From the NCBI GenBank assembly GCA_964016885.1, contig OZ024761.1:22692001-22756000 (forward strand): 64,000 nt of DNA, read 5' to 3'. The position numbers were made by a program, and so were the translations under genes. Under the pieces are notes generated by a model, which saw nothing but the letters and a program-made list of their open reading frames with translations, was not told the DNA's origin and made no database searches. This stretch comes from Eledone cirrhosa (taxonomy: Eukaryota). Shown in pieces: positions 40,416 through 52,490 of the stretch. Numbering within the stretch: position 1 is the first letter of the stretch; each line of letters opens with the position of its first letter.

Positions 40416-41755
40416 ATATACCTCGAGATGGATTCAGCATGGTCTAATTGTTAAGGGGTCTGTTTCCCAATTATCAGCTCACAGGTTCACTGCGGCATGT
40501 TGGGCATCTTTTACCACAGCCTCAGCGTAAACCAAGCCTTGGGTGTGAAATTGGGTAGACAGAATCTGTTTGGAAGCCTGTCAGATCTGTAATTCAACAA
40601 GCCCCTGCTGAGTCTGCCTTAGAATTACATTAAGAGTACATATGTCTGTGGAATACTCAGCCACTTAAAGGCTTCGGTAATTCCATTGATGGGACATTAA
40701 ATATGAAAACTGACAGAGGTTTGTTACAAATAAAACAACTGTTTAACGACATGTACACACACACACACACACATGTATATATATATGTGTGTATGTGTAG
40801 GGGTATATATATACATATATAAATTATATATTTTATTGGTGCATTTAAACTTGGAATATGACAGAGGATTGTAACCAAACCACATATGGGAATCAAATAT
40901 ATATATATATATAGTTGTTCCACCCTTGCAAGCAGGGAAAAGCGGATGTAAAATGATGATAATCATTATATATATATAATATATATATATATATTGTGTT
41001 CAAAAAGACTATACACATAATATCCTGTGTGTGCGTGTATAAATATATATTGCATTCAAAAAGAGTTTAACTTAACACACACCTACAAAAGTGTGTGTGT
41101 ACCTGACTAGTAATAAAATATATTTCTGTTATATGCAGATATGTATTGGCAGAGTGATACGAGGAATGGTGGATGACAAATATAAAATACCTTGGTCTTT
41201 CACCTGGTTCTCTGTGTTTCCAGTTCAAACAGGGGCTGTTGTCATTTCAAGGTTGATAAGATAAAGTACCAGCCCAGTATTGGATGGAATATGGAAGAAA
41301 TTGCCTGTATTCCAACTCGGAGAAAGGATGGGTTCTTCCAGTAGGTTTTAAAATGTCCAAGACCCGGTATGTGCCAGGACGATATCTCTGGGACCCCATC
41401 AACAGTTTGACTTACCTTCTGCTATATTCTTAGCAAGCTGCCAGCTTTAGGCCACTGTCTGACTCCACTACAATCTTTTGATTCTAAATTCTTCAATCAA
41501 GACCTTTTGTCTGTTCCATTCACCCCACCACTCCACCTAACACCGCTACACCTAATTACTCCCTTAAAAGGAAGTTCAGTCTTCCCTTGAAATTGTGTAT
41601 AAAAATGCTTTCTTTCTTTTTTTGTCTCTTCCTTCACCTCCCCACTGCATTATGTGTAAATATTCTTTCTAAAATATGTCTCATGATTATGATAATGGCG
41701 GTGATGACGAAAGCTGTTAACTTTCATCTAAATTGAATTTGCTTAATATTTTGCA

Positions 41756-41820
<65 letters not shown>

Positions 41821-42099
41821 GGTGGAGGGCGGGGTTTGCTGTATATTTGAATGTGTGTATATATGTAAATATAAATATCTGCATATCTATATACATATGT
41901 GTATATATGTCTACGTGAAAACATTGTGTTAAAAAGGTATTATTACTATCTGATGTCTTTTCATTATATATACATACATACATATATATATATATTATAT
42001 AACAAATTTTTTTCTTTATTAACTGCTGTATTGTTGTTATTATTGATTATTATTATCATTATTACCCTCTCACCCTAAACAATTTCTTCTGCCCGGAGT

Positions 42100-42533
42100 T
42101 TGTCAAACAGTATCAGCAATGGAAAGACCAATAGAGACATTACTACCTTGGTCTGATCTGATCAGCTCCTTTCTACTGCCAGGTGGTGTGACTGTCAGAC
42201 AGTATCAGCAATGGAAAGACCAATGGAGACATTACTACCTTGGTCTGATCTGATCAGCTCCCTTCTACTGCCAGGTGGTGTGACTGTCAAACAGTATCAG
42301 CAATGGAAAGACCAATGGAGACATTATTACCTTGGTCTGATCTGATCAGCTCCCTTCTACTGCCAGGTGGTGTGACTGTCAGACAGTATCAGCAATGGAA
42401 AGACCAATGGAGACATTATTACCTTGGTCTGAACTGATCAGCTCCCTTCTACTGCCAGGTGGTGTGACTGTCAGACAGTATCAGCAATGGAGACATTGCT
42501 TACCTTAGTCTGATCATGATCAGCTCCTTTCTT
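42100..42533. repeat. 92-bp tandem repeat, same family as 6575-7826
   Basis: cagtatcagcaatggaaagaccaatggagacatt..ctgatcagctcc..gtgactgtcaga, ~4.5 copies. Confidence 0.9.
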
Positions 42534-42709
42534 GGGAGACAGGGAGTGCTGGCATAGTTAATTAATTAGTTTGGCCAATTATTAGGAGGCTGTTTATTTT
42601 AAATGTCAGCTTTGAGTTTCCCCTAATCAAACCAGTGTCAAATTTCTTTAAAAAAATTTTTTTTGTAAGTTTCTTTCCAGAAAAACTTCACCTTTTTATT
42701 ATTTATTTT

Positions 42710-43128
42710 AGGGGTAAGAGCGGTAGAGTGTCAGACACTGTGCTTCATGGCATAGAGTTATTTACTCATTACATTCTGAGTTGAAATTCTACCGAGGTTA
42801 ACTTTACCTTTCATCCTTACGGGGTCGATAAAATAAAGTACCAGTAATCCACTGGGGTCAATTTAATCGACTTTCCCTTCTCCCCAAAATTGCTGGCTTC
42901 GTGCCTAAAGCAGAAACCAAACAATTATTTATTTCGGTGGATTGGCAGTATTGGTAGCGGGTCGGGCGCCATGCTTTCCACCATAGTTACAGCCCTTTAT
43001 GATCTGAGTTCAAATCCCGCCGAGGTTGACTTTGCCTTTCATCCTTACGGGGTCGATAAAATAAAGTACCAGTAATGCACTGGGTAATTGCTGGCCTTGT
43101 GCCTAAAGTAGAAACAATTATTTATTTC
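42710..43128 (+). mobile_element. Two tandem Nin/Deu-domain SINEs
   Basis: Each has a tRNA-like head and the core ctttcatccttacggggtcgataaaataaagtacc. Further copies or fragments lie at ~3185-3310, 21330-21450, 21997-22145, 60600-60750, 60885-61030(-), 61578-61728(-). Confidence 0.78.
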
Positions 43129-44175
43129 AAGAGTTAGTGAGGTGGGGTAATGAGATTGTAAAAGGGGTTATTTTTGAAAAGCTTAGCTCTTAGAAGCATC
43201 TTCTTAAAAAAAAAAAATAAATAAATAAAATAAAAAGTAAAACAAAAATAAATAAAATACGAACCCCCCCCCCCCCCCAAAAAAAAAAACAAGAGACATA
43301 ATTTTACACCAGATATTGAGTCCTTTGATTTGCCATTTGTTGGACACCATGGTATAAAAAATATCATAATGAATTCCACAAAAGAATGAAATAATAAATT
43401 CTTCCAAAATTTCAACCTTTATATAGAATTATACATTGTCACTGCTGATATATATATTTTTTCTCACTTTTTAGGGAAATTTTGCTTTTTTTTTTTTATT
43501 TTTTTATTTATTTTTTTTTTTTTTAATGAGTCTTAATCATTGATTAAAATAAAGATTTTTGTTGTTAAGTGTATTTTTTAAGTAATAATTATAATAGTTA
43601 TTATTATTACTGTTATGTGTTTCACGTTAAGCAATTTTATGAAAATACACAGTATTTATTATGTGTGGACTGCCTCTTTATATATACATAGGTGTATATA
43701 TATATATATATATATGTATATGTGTATATATATATTATATATATATATATACGTAAAACGATGATGATGATATATACATATAATATAATATATTAGATAT
43801 ATATATACGATGATATATAATATATTAGATATATATATATAATATATATGTATGTGTTTTATAGAGTGTATATATATATATTGGCTTTACATTATATTTT
43901 GTACATATTGTAAATATATACACTTTTTTTTTTTTCTAATGTATGACTGTGATGTGGGAATATATGTGTGTGTGTGTGTGTGTGTCAGTATGCATCTCTA
44001 TATGTGTGTGTGTGTGTGTGTGTCAGTATGCATCTCTGTATATGTGTGTGTGTGTGTCAGTATGCATCTCTGTATATGTGTGTGCATACATTATATATCT
44101 ATATCTATATATATATATATACACATACATATACTCTTTTTCAGTGATTGAGCTGTTGCCATACTGTGCTATCCA

Positions 44176-44247
<72 letters not shown>

Positions 44248-44391
44248 TAATTTATGACTGAACCTTTGTATATAATGTAAATAAATCAATGTAGATTAGT
44301 CGTAAATAGTTGTGGTCCGTAATGGGAGGGGGGGGGGTCTCATCAAATTTTGGATCACTTATAATTCCATTGGAAATATATATATATGTAT

Positions 44392-44435
<44 letters not shown>

Positions 44436-44781
44436 ACTTATATATATATACATACACACACACACACACTAAACCAATAAACAAACCACTGTGGTTGTTA
44501 TTGTGACTTAAATTGTCTGTTTGTCTCCCACCCACCCTCTTATCTCTCATCTCTTAATCCAAAATGTTTATTGATCTGCATGCTGTTTGTGATAAACTGG
44601 ATATTGATAAATCCCCCTCCTTGTCCCTGACTCTCCTAAAGGACAAACACACAAGTATTAATGTAACTGTATAAACTTCTGCAACCAACCATTTATTTTT
44701 ATTAATCAATTATTACAAATCAATGCAATAATAAAATTATTGAGAAACTAAAATTTGTTCTCTTTGTGTGTTTTGTTTTAA

Positions 44782-45135
44782 CCTTTTAGCATTTTAAATC
44801 AGCCACATCTGACCAGAATTCTCCCACCTCTTTCTGTTTAAACCGGCTGTAAATGGCCCCTCATACTGATGTTAAGGTATTGTTCTCAAAATAAATAATT
44901 GTTTCGATTTTTAGGCACAAGGCCAGTAAATACCCAGTACATTATTGGTACTTTATTTTATCGACCCCGTAAGGATGAAAGGCAAAGTTAACCTCGGCAG
45001 GATTTGAACTCAGATCATAAAGGGCCGTAACTCTAGGCTTTAAAGCATGGTGTCCGGCTCTCTACCGATACTGCCAATAATATCAAAATCTCATAGATTC
45101 GATATTATGTGAGAGAAAGCCTTCTCTGTGAAAAT
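44782..45135 (-). mobile_element. piggyBac-type MITE family A interrupted by a Nin-type SINE (44897-45075)
   Basis: MITE sequence resumes after the SINE; aataat duplicated at the junctions. Confidence 0.7.
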
Positions 45136-45257
45136 AGGGTAAATTCCCCTCCGAGGCGCAAGCCAGGGCAGGGTTTGTTTGTGGAAGTCCAGCAGTCACC
45201 CATACATTCCAGTCTCCCCCCTCCATGCCACTGATGTTGTCCAAGGTAAAGGCAAAC

Positions 45258-46696
45258 TCTCCCCCTCTCTATATCTACTACACGGAACTCTCTTCCAGTA
45301 CCCCTCTCTATATCTACTACACGAAACTCTCTTCCAGTACCCCTCTCTATATCTACTATACGAAACTCTCTTCCAGTACCCCTCTCTATATCTACTACAC
45401 GAAACTCTCTTCCAGTACCCCTCTCTATATCTACTACACGAAACTCTCTTCCAATACCCCTCTCTATATCTACTGCACGAAACTCTCTTCCAGTACCCCT
45501 CTCTATATCTACTACACGAAACTCTCTTCCAGTACCCCTCTCTATATCTACTACACGAAACTCTCTTCCAATACCCCTCTCTATATCTACTGCACGAAAC
45601 TCTCTTCCAGTACCCCTCTCTATATCTACTACACGAAACTCTCTTCCAGTACCCCTCTCTATATCTACTACACGAAACTCTCTTCCAGTACCCCTCTCTA
45701 TATCTACTACACGAAACTCTCTTCCAGTACCCCTCTCTATATCTACTATACGAAACTCTCTTCCAGTACCCCTCTCTATATCTACTACACGAAACTCTCT
45801 TCCAGTACCCCTCTCTATATCTACTACACGAAACTCTCTTCCAGTACCCCTCTCTATATCTACTACACGAAACTCTCTTCCAGTACCCCTCTCTATATCT
45901 ACTGCACGAAACTCTCTTCCAGTACCCCTCTATATCTACTGCACGAAACTCTCTTCCAGTACCCCTCTTTATATCTACTACACGAAACTCTCTTCCAATA
46001 CCCCTCTCTATATCTACTACACGAAACTCTCTTCCAGTACCCCTCTCTATATCTACTACACGAAACTCTCTTCCAGTACCCCTCTCTATATCTACTACAC
46101 GAAACTCTCTTCCAGTACCCCTCTCTATATCTACTATACGAAACTCTCTTCCAGTACCCCTCTTTATATCTACTGCACGAAACTCTCTTCCAGTACCCCT
46201 CTCTATATCTACTACACGAAACTCTCTTCCAATACCCCTCTTTATATCTACTGCACGAAACTCTCTTCCAATACCCCTCTCTATATCTACTACACGAAAC
46301 TCTCTTCCAGTACCCCTCTCTATATCTATTACACGGAACTCTTTTTCCAATACCCCTCTCTATATCTACTACACGAAACTCTCTTCCAGTACCCCTCTCT
46401 ATATCTACTACACGAAACTCTCTTCCAATACCCCTCTCTATATCTACTACACGAAACTCTCTTCCAGTACCCCTCTCTATATCTACTACACGAAACTCTC
46501 TTCCAGTACCCCTCTCTATATCTACTACACGAAACTCTCTTCCAGTACCCCTCTCTATATCTACTACACGAAACTCTCTTCCAGTACCCCTCTCTATATC
46601 TACTACACGAAACTCTCTTCCAATACCCCTCTCTATATCTACTACACGGAACTCTCTTCCAATACCCCTCTCTATATCTACTGTACGGAACTCTCT
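45258..46696. repeat. 39-bp minisatellite, ~37 copies
   Basis: ctctctatatctactacacgaaactctcttccagtaccc. Confidence 0.95.
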
Positions 46697-46699
46697 GCC

Positions 46700-47080
46700 A
46701 CCGCCCCCTGTGTGGCTGAAATGGGATTTCCCCGAAGGGTCTTTGGCGTGAGGTTACTCGATAGAGTGTGTGTAGCTCGGGAGATGAGAGAGTCACTCCA
46801 GGTAGAGCCTCTACTTCTCTGAATTGAGAGATCACAGCTCTGATACTATGGACATGTGGTTAGAATGTCTCAGGAAAGATTTTACGGGCAAAAACCAACA
46901 GGCAGGAGACCCACTCCCGAGCAAGATGGTTGGATAACACTCATGAGCTCGGTTGGTCACGCTTGGGAGATCAAGCCGGATCAATTGGAGACGGTTGCTT
47001 CTGACAGGACCCACTGGAGGGGGTGTTTGGGGACTCTGCCCCTACGACCCTCTCAGGAATAAGACGGAGGAGGGGGAGGA
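46700..47080 (+). mobile_element. RTE-clade LINE 3' fragment
   Basis: AEMGFPRRVFGVRLLDRV..RESLQVEPLLL*IERSQL*YYGHVVRM..PTGRRP, degenerate. Confidence 0.75.
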
Positions 47081-47328
47081 TATATCTTTATTATCAACAA
47101 CTCTCTCACATGCTGATGGCAGCTATGCGCGGTAAATACAAATTTATTTTATTTTGAATAATTCTTTCAATTTAACATAATTTTATTATAAAAAAAAGTC
47201 TAAATACAACATAATTTAAATATAAAAACACTTTTACTGGCGTATTTTTGACCAGTTTCCACTCGTAAGACTGTTTATATGGTAAAAATCAATCACGTAT
47301 TTTCATTTGAAATATTTATGTAATTAAG

Positions 47329-47359
<31 letters not shown>

Positions 47360-47535
47360 CTATAAGATCAAAAGATTATTATTATTATTTATACTCCAGT
47401 CCTATAAACTGTTGAGTGCTACTTATCCGATATTTGCATTGCTTTATTGTGCTACAATAAAACTCACCACCTACATATTATATATATATATAAATATATA
47501 AATGAAAGGTATAGAAATTGTTTTAGCGAGAAGCT

Positions 47536-47573
<38 letters not shown>

Positions 47574-47751
47574 ACATAAACAGAGAAAGCCTTAAGCGAT
47601 ACTCTGACCAACTCCATCTCACTCAACAAACATTAGGATATACCTAAGTATTATCCCAATTTAGTGTTTGGGCTGCTAACTAATCAGTATTCCGTGGATA
47701 GCTGGTTGTATTATTTTATATGAGACATAATTAAATAAATATCTCTTTCCT

Positions 47752-47875
47752 TCCAGACGGCCGTTTCGTTATAAGATTTCTACAATTTGGGATAAATAAT
47801 TTCCAGGTTATGTAGAAACTTGTATATAATCCATAGTTTTATACACAAGCGGGCTCTTATAAACTCATCAGTGGA
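47752..47875 (-). ncRNA. Type I hammerhead ribozyme motif with branched stem II
   Basis: Minus strand: TCCA-CTGATGA-GTTTATAAGA..TCTTATAAC-GAAA-CGGCCG-T-C-TGGA. Intact core, GUC site, palindromic stem III ACGGCCGT. Confidence 0.75.
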
Positions 47876-48253
47876 TGCCCAAATAATATCGATATAAGAA
47901 TCATATCGACATTAATAGATTAGTGATGGTCTCCCTCAGCGCTAAGAAGAGACTGGTGGATTAGAAAATCTAGCAGTCCTCCCAAGATAAAATACACGCT
48001 GATTATATATATATATACTTCCTTTTTTAATTAACAATAATTATATATATATATATATATATTATTATTATTCGAAAACGAAGTGTGTGTGTATATTTAT
48101 ATGATATATAGAAAAGGCTTCTACAGGCCTAGAACTGATGATTTCTCCTGAATGAAACAGTTCTAGACCTTTAGAGGCCTTTTCTATATTAAATATATAT
48201 ACTCTGCTATGTCGTGAGTACCTTACTTACTGTGGTTACGCCCGATTGAACCC

Positions 48254-48302
<49 letters not shown>

Positions 48303-48306
<4 letters not shown>

Positions 48307-48452
48307 AAAAGTATGACCCCGACGGCAGAGCTCAAGCCGTTTCGACGGCTATTTCTGTACTTTTTCCTATTATCCACTCTACTACCCTAAGTATTGAGTA
48401 CTCTGGTGCGTTATGGTCCACCTGGTTCCTTACCACAACTCCTTCGTTATAT
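48303..48452 (+). mobile_element. Short (TA)n-flanked dispersed repeat; inverted copy at 52031-52140
   Basis: ccctaagtattgagtactctggtgcgttatggtccacctggttccttaccac is near-identical to the reverse complement of 52045-52097. Confidence 0.55.
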
Positions 48453-49296
48453 ATATATATACAATGATATTAAATAAATGGAAACTATATTTATAAAACC
48501 ATATTTATACTATTATATATATTTCAAGGGTACCAAAACTTTGGTACGTTTTCATCAGATAAAATACGAAGTGTGTTTTATAAATGTTGACATAACCAAG
48601 GAAAATATACCTTAACGGTTCAAGTTACCCTTAGATAGTCCTATATTTATAAATATAGTTTCCATTTATTTAATATCATTGAATATTATACTCCAGAAAA
48701 CTTGTCGAGTGCTCTGAATCAGTTATAAACATTTATATTTGTTGAATTACCAACAAATTGAATTTCCCTTCTTCTTATATATATATATATATATATATAT
48801 AGTATATTGCCAACACATTTGTCTGGTAAAATATGTTGTGTAATTTCATGTACATCGTTTATTTTAGTATCTAATTTGTTATAAGTTAACAAAATTTCAA
48901 TAACGAATATTTAACTTTTATTTCAATTCTTTTTTCGTCAATAGAGGTATTTTTCTAAGTTATTATTTCTAGCAGTCGACTATGGTTACACTGTGTCCGT
49001 CTAGATATATGTATGGATATCATCATTGTCGCCGTTTAACGTCTTTTTCCACAGTAGCATGGGTTAGACGAGTTTTCCAGTTGTGGGACAATGCCAGGTT
49101 AGATGACCGTATCTTGGTGTCTTGCTGATACAGAACAGTTTTCTGGCTTGGTTTCTACGGCTGGGAATTCCTCCTAATGCCAACCACATTTACAGTGTGT
49201 ACTGGGAACATTTTGTCATGACACACACACACACACACACACGACCACTTTATAGTGTGGACTGGGTGCTTTTGTTGTGTCACCAAAACGACCAGG

Positions 49297-50262
49297 CGAC
49301 CACTTTAAAGTTAGTACTGGGTGCTTTTTGTCGTGACACCAAGACGACCACTTTACAGTTAGTACTGGGTGCTTTTTGTCATGACACCAAGATGACCACT
49401 TTAAAGTTAGTACTGGGTGCTTTTTGTCGTGACACCAAGATGACCACTTTACAGTTAGTACTGGGTGCTTTTTGTTGTGACACCAAGACAACCACTTTAA
49501 AGTTAGTACTGGGTGCTTTTTGTCGTGACACCAAGACAACCACTTTAAAGTTAGTACTGGGTGCTTTTTGTCGTGACACCAAGACGACCACTTTACAGTT
49601 AGTACTGGGTGCTTTTTGTCGTGACACCAAGACGACCACTTTAAAGTTAGTACTGGGTGCTTTTTGTTGTGACACCAAGACGACCATTTTACAGTTAGTA
49701 CTGGGTGCTTTTTGTCGTGACACCAAGACGACCACTTTACAGTTAGTACTGGGTGCTTTTTGTCGTGACACCAAGACGACCACTTTACAGTTAGTACTGG
49801 GTGCTTTTTGTCGTGACACCAAGACGACCACTTTACAGTTAGTACTGGGTGCTTTTTGTCGTGACACCAAGACGACCACTTTACAGTTAGTACTGGGTGC
49901 TTTTTGTCGTGACACCAAGACGACCACTTTACAGTTAGTACTGGGTGCTTTTTGTCGTGACACCAAGACGACCACTTTACAGTTAGTACTGGGTGCTTTT
50001 TGTCGTGACACCAAGACGACCACTTTACAGTTAGTACTGGGTGCTTTTTGTTGTGACACCAAGACGACCATTTTACAGTTAGTACTGGGTGCTTTTTGTC
50101 GTGACACCAAGACGACCACTTTACAGTTAGTACTGGGTGCTTTTTGTCGTGACACCAAGACGACCACTTTACAGTTAGTACTGGGTGCTTTTTGTCGTGA
50201 CACCAAGACGACCACTTTAAAGTTAGTACTGGGTGCTTTTTGTTGTGACACCAAGACGACCA
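49297..50262. repeat. 48-bp minisatellite (SINE-derived), ~20 copies
   Basis: gaccactttacagttagtactgggtgctttttgtcgtgacaccaagac. Confidence 0.95.
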
Positions 50263-50317
50263 GGAGACCATTTTACAGTGTGGACTGGGTGCTTTATATT
50301 ATTGAGGCCAATTTTAA

Positions 50318-50556
50318 CCCTTTAAACGGGCCTTAACTGGCCAGAATTCTCTCACTTCTTTCTGTTTAAACCGGCTGCTCATACTGAGGGTAAGGTATTG
50401 TTCTCAACATAAATATCAAAACCTCATAGATTCGATATTATGTAAGGTAAAGCCTTTACCATGAAAATACAATAGTAAATATAGAGTCCCACCCTTGCAA
50501 GCAGGGAAAAGCGGACGTAAAATGATGATGATGAGAGTAATGTAAATTCTAAAGGG
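50318..50556 (-). mobile_element. piggyBac-type MITE family A with an inserted ~46-bp RTE/SINE tail
   Basis: TTAA|CCCTTTA..TAAAGGG|TTAA; insert 50488-50533 flanked by agagt. Confidence 0.72.
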
Positions 50557-50844
50557 TTAAGGATAAAAGGCAAAGCTAACCTGTGGGATTTGAACTCAAA
50601 ATATATAGGGATGTAACTATATGCCATAAAGCATCTTATCTGACGCTCTACCAATTACTGCCATTAAAACCACAAGAAATTAGAAAAACAAAGGAAGAAA
50701 AACAAGTTAAAGTCAAAGTGTCTTTTTTTTTTTCTTTTCAGTTTAAATTTATTTACAGTTTAAAGTTTTCTTCACTACAACATATGAAATGGTTTTTTAT
50801 TTTTCACATCGAAATAATAATTTGAAATTTCAACTAAAACTTCC

Positions 50845-50970
50845 TTATTTTCCGGCAGTTTCCACATATTCCTCGTACGTTATATACGGACCATGTTCAG
50901 CTTCGTTGTAAAACTTCTTTTGGATAAATTTTCGTCCGGAATAACCACAAATTGCTACTTCTGGTTTATT
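50845..50970 (-). CDS. NDUFS6: NDUFS6 exon 4
   Basis: tttcAG|[41 protein letters not shown]; AATAAA downstream at 50801-50796. Confidence 0.92.
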   Translation of the reverse strand, partial: NKPEVAICGYSGRKFIQKKFYNEAEHGPYITYEEYVETAGK

Positions 50971-52441
50971 CTGAAAAAAAACAAAAAATAGTTATAATAA
51001 ATATACAAACTGTATATATATATCATCATCACCATCACCACCGTTTTACATCAATTCTTCCATGCTAGCATGGGTTAGACAGGTTCTCCTGTTGTGGGAA
51101 TGTTAGGTCGGCTGACCTTGTCTTGCTCATATGGGAACTGATTTTGGCTTGAATAACCACTAGACTCCTTTTAAGGCCCACCAGAATAACCACGACTCCT
51201 TTAAGACAATACCCCCAGAATAACCACTAGACTCCCTTTAAGGCCCACCAGAATAACCACTAGACTCCCTTTAAGGCCCACCAGAATAACCACTAGACTC
51301 CCTTTAAGGCAATACCCCCAGAATAACCACTAGACTCCCTTTAAGGCAATACCCCCAGAATAACCACTAGACTCCCTTTAAGGCAATACCCCCAGAATAA
51401 CCACTAGACTCCTTTTAAGACAATACCCCCAGAATAACCACTAGACTCCTTTTAAGACAATACCCCCAGAATAAGCACTAGACTCCTTTTAAAGCAATGC
51501 TCCCAGAATATTCACTAGACTCCCTTTAACATTCACTCTATATATAATATCATATTTTCATGGTTATGGCTTTACCTCACATAATATCGAATCTGAGATT
51601 TTGAGAGTATTTATTTTGAGAACAATACATTAACATCAGTTTGAGCGACCAGTTACAGCCGGTTTCAACAGAAAGAGGTAGAGAATTCTGGCCGGTTTTG
51701 GCTGGTTTGAACATTAAAGAGTTAACCCCCCCCCCCCAATAATCAATGTCTAATAACCAAAACAAGTATACAGTGATGATGACTTAGCTATAACTGTGTT
51801 AAAATAACAACATACCAAATTTATGAATACTTGAGGGTGTCCAAGAGCCCCACCACCATTACTCCAGATGGACTTGGCATTCACAACGATGACTGGGTCC
51901 TCAGCAATGAGGTCAATCGCAAACTGGGTGTTCACCTAAAACACAGAAACAACAGATATCTTAGTTTTCATTAAAAATATTTGTGTGTGTATTCGTATGT
52001 GTGTTTGTGTATGTATGTATATATATATATACAACGAAGGAAATGTGGTAAAGAACCAGATGGACCATAACGCACCAAAGTACTCAATACTTAGGGTAGG
52101 AGAGTGGGTAATAGGAACGAGTAGGACCCCGACGGCTGATTCTGGACTAAAAATATATATATATATATATGAAGCAAAGGAAATTCCAATGATACGAAAG
52201 ATTTCCTGGTGGAAGTTTAGGTGTACTCCGAGTTGGTATCCAGTTCCGGGGTGAAAATCCAACTCCAATCCGCCCGCCCCTTCAATCTATCTTATTTCTC
52301 ATTCTTTCTTCTGAGGAAGGACTAGCGTCCGAAACGTTAAGACCCTCTTCCTGCTATATCAAGCGTTAACCTAATATATCCCTTCCATATACTGTACGGT
52401 TTGTGTTGTTATTTCTGTTTACCTTTTACATACACACATAT

Positions 52442-52490
<49 letters not shown>

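Noticed and set aside
48129-48166. CTGATGA-TTTC..GAAT-GAAACAGTTC hammerhead-like string
   Set aside because: The CTG is part of a flanking inverted repeat, and stem I/III geometry does not close properly.
45179-50336. 547-, 508-, 404- and 351-aa repetitive ORFs
   Set aside because: Products of stop-free 39- and 48-bp units, open on both strands; one unit is SINE-derived.
50938-51863. A-to-I recoding as a rescue of the NDUFS6 cysteines
   Set aside because: Edited AGT gives Gly and TCC has no A; neither can become Cys.
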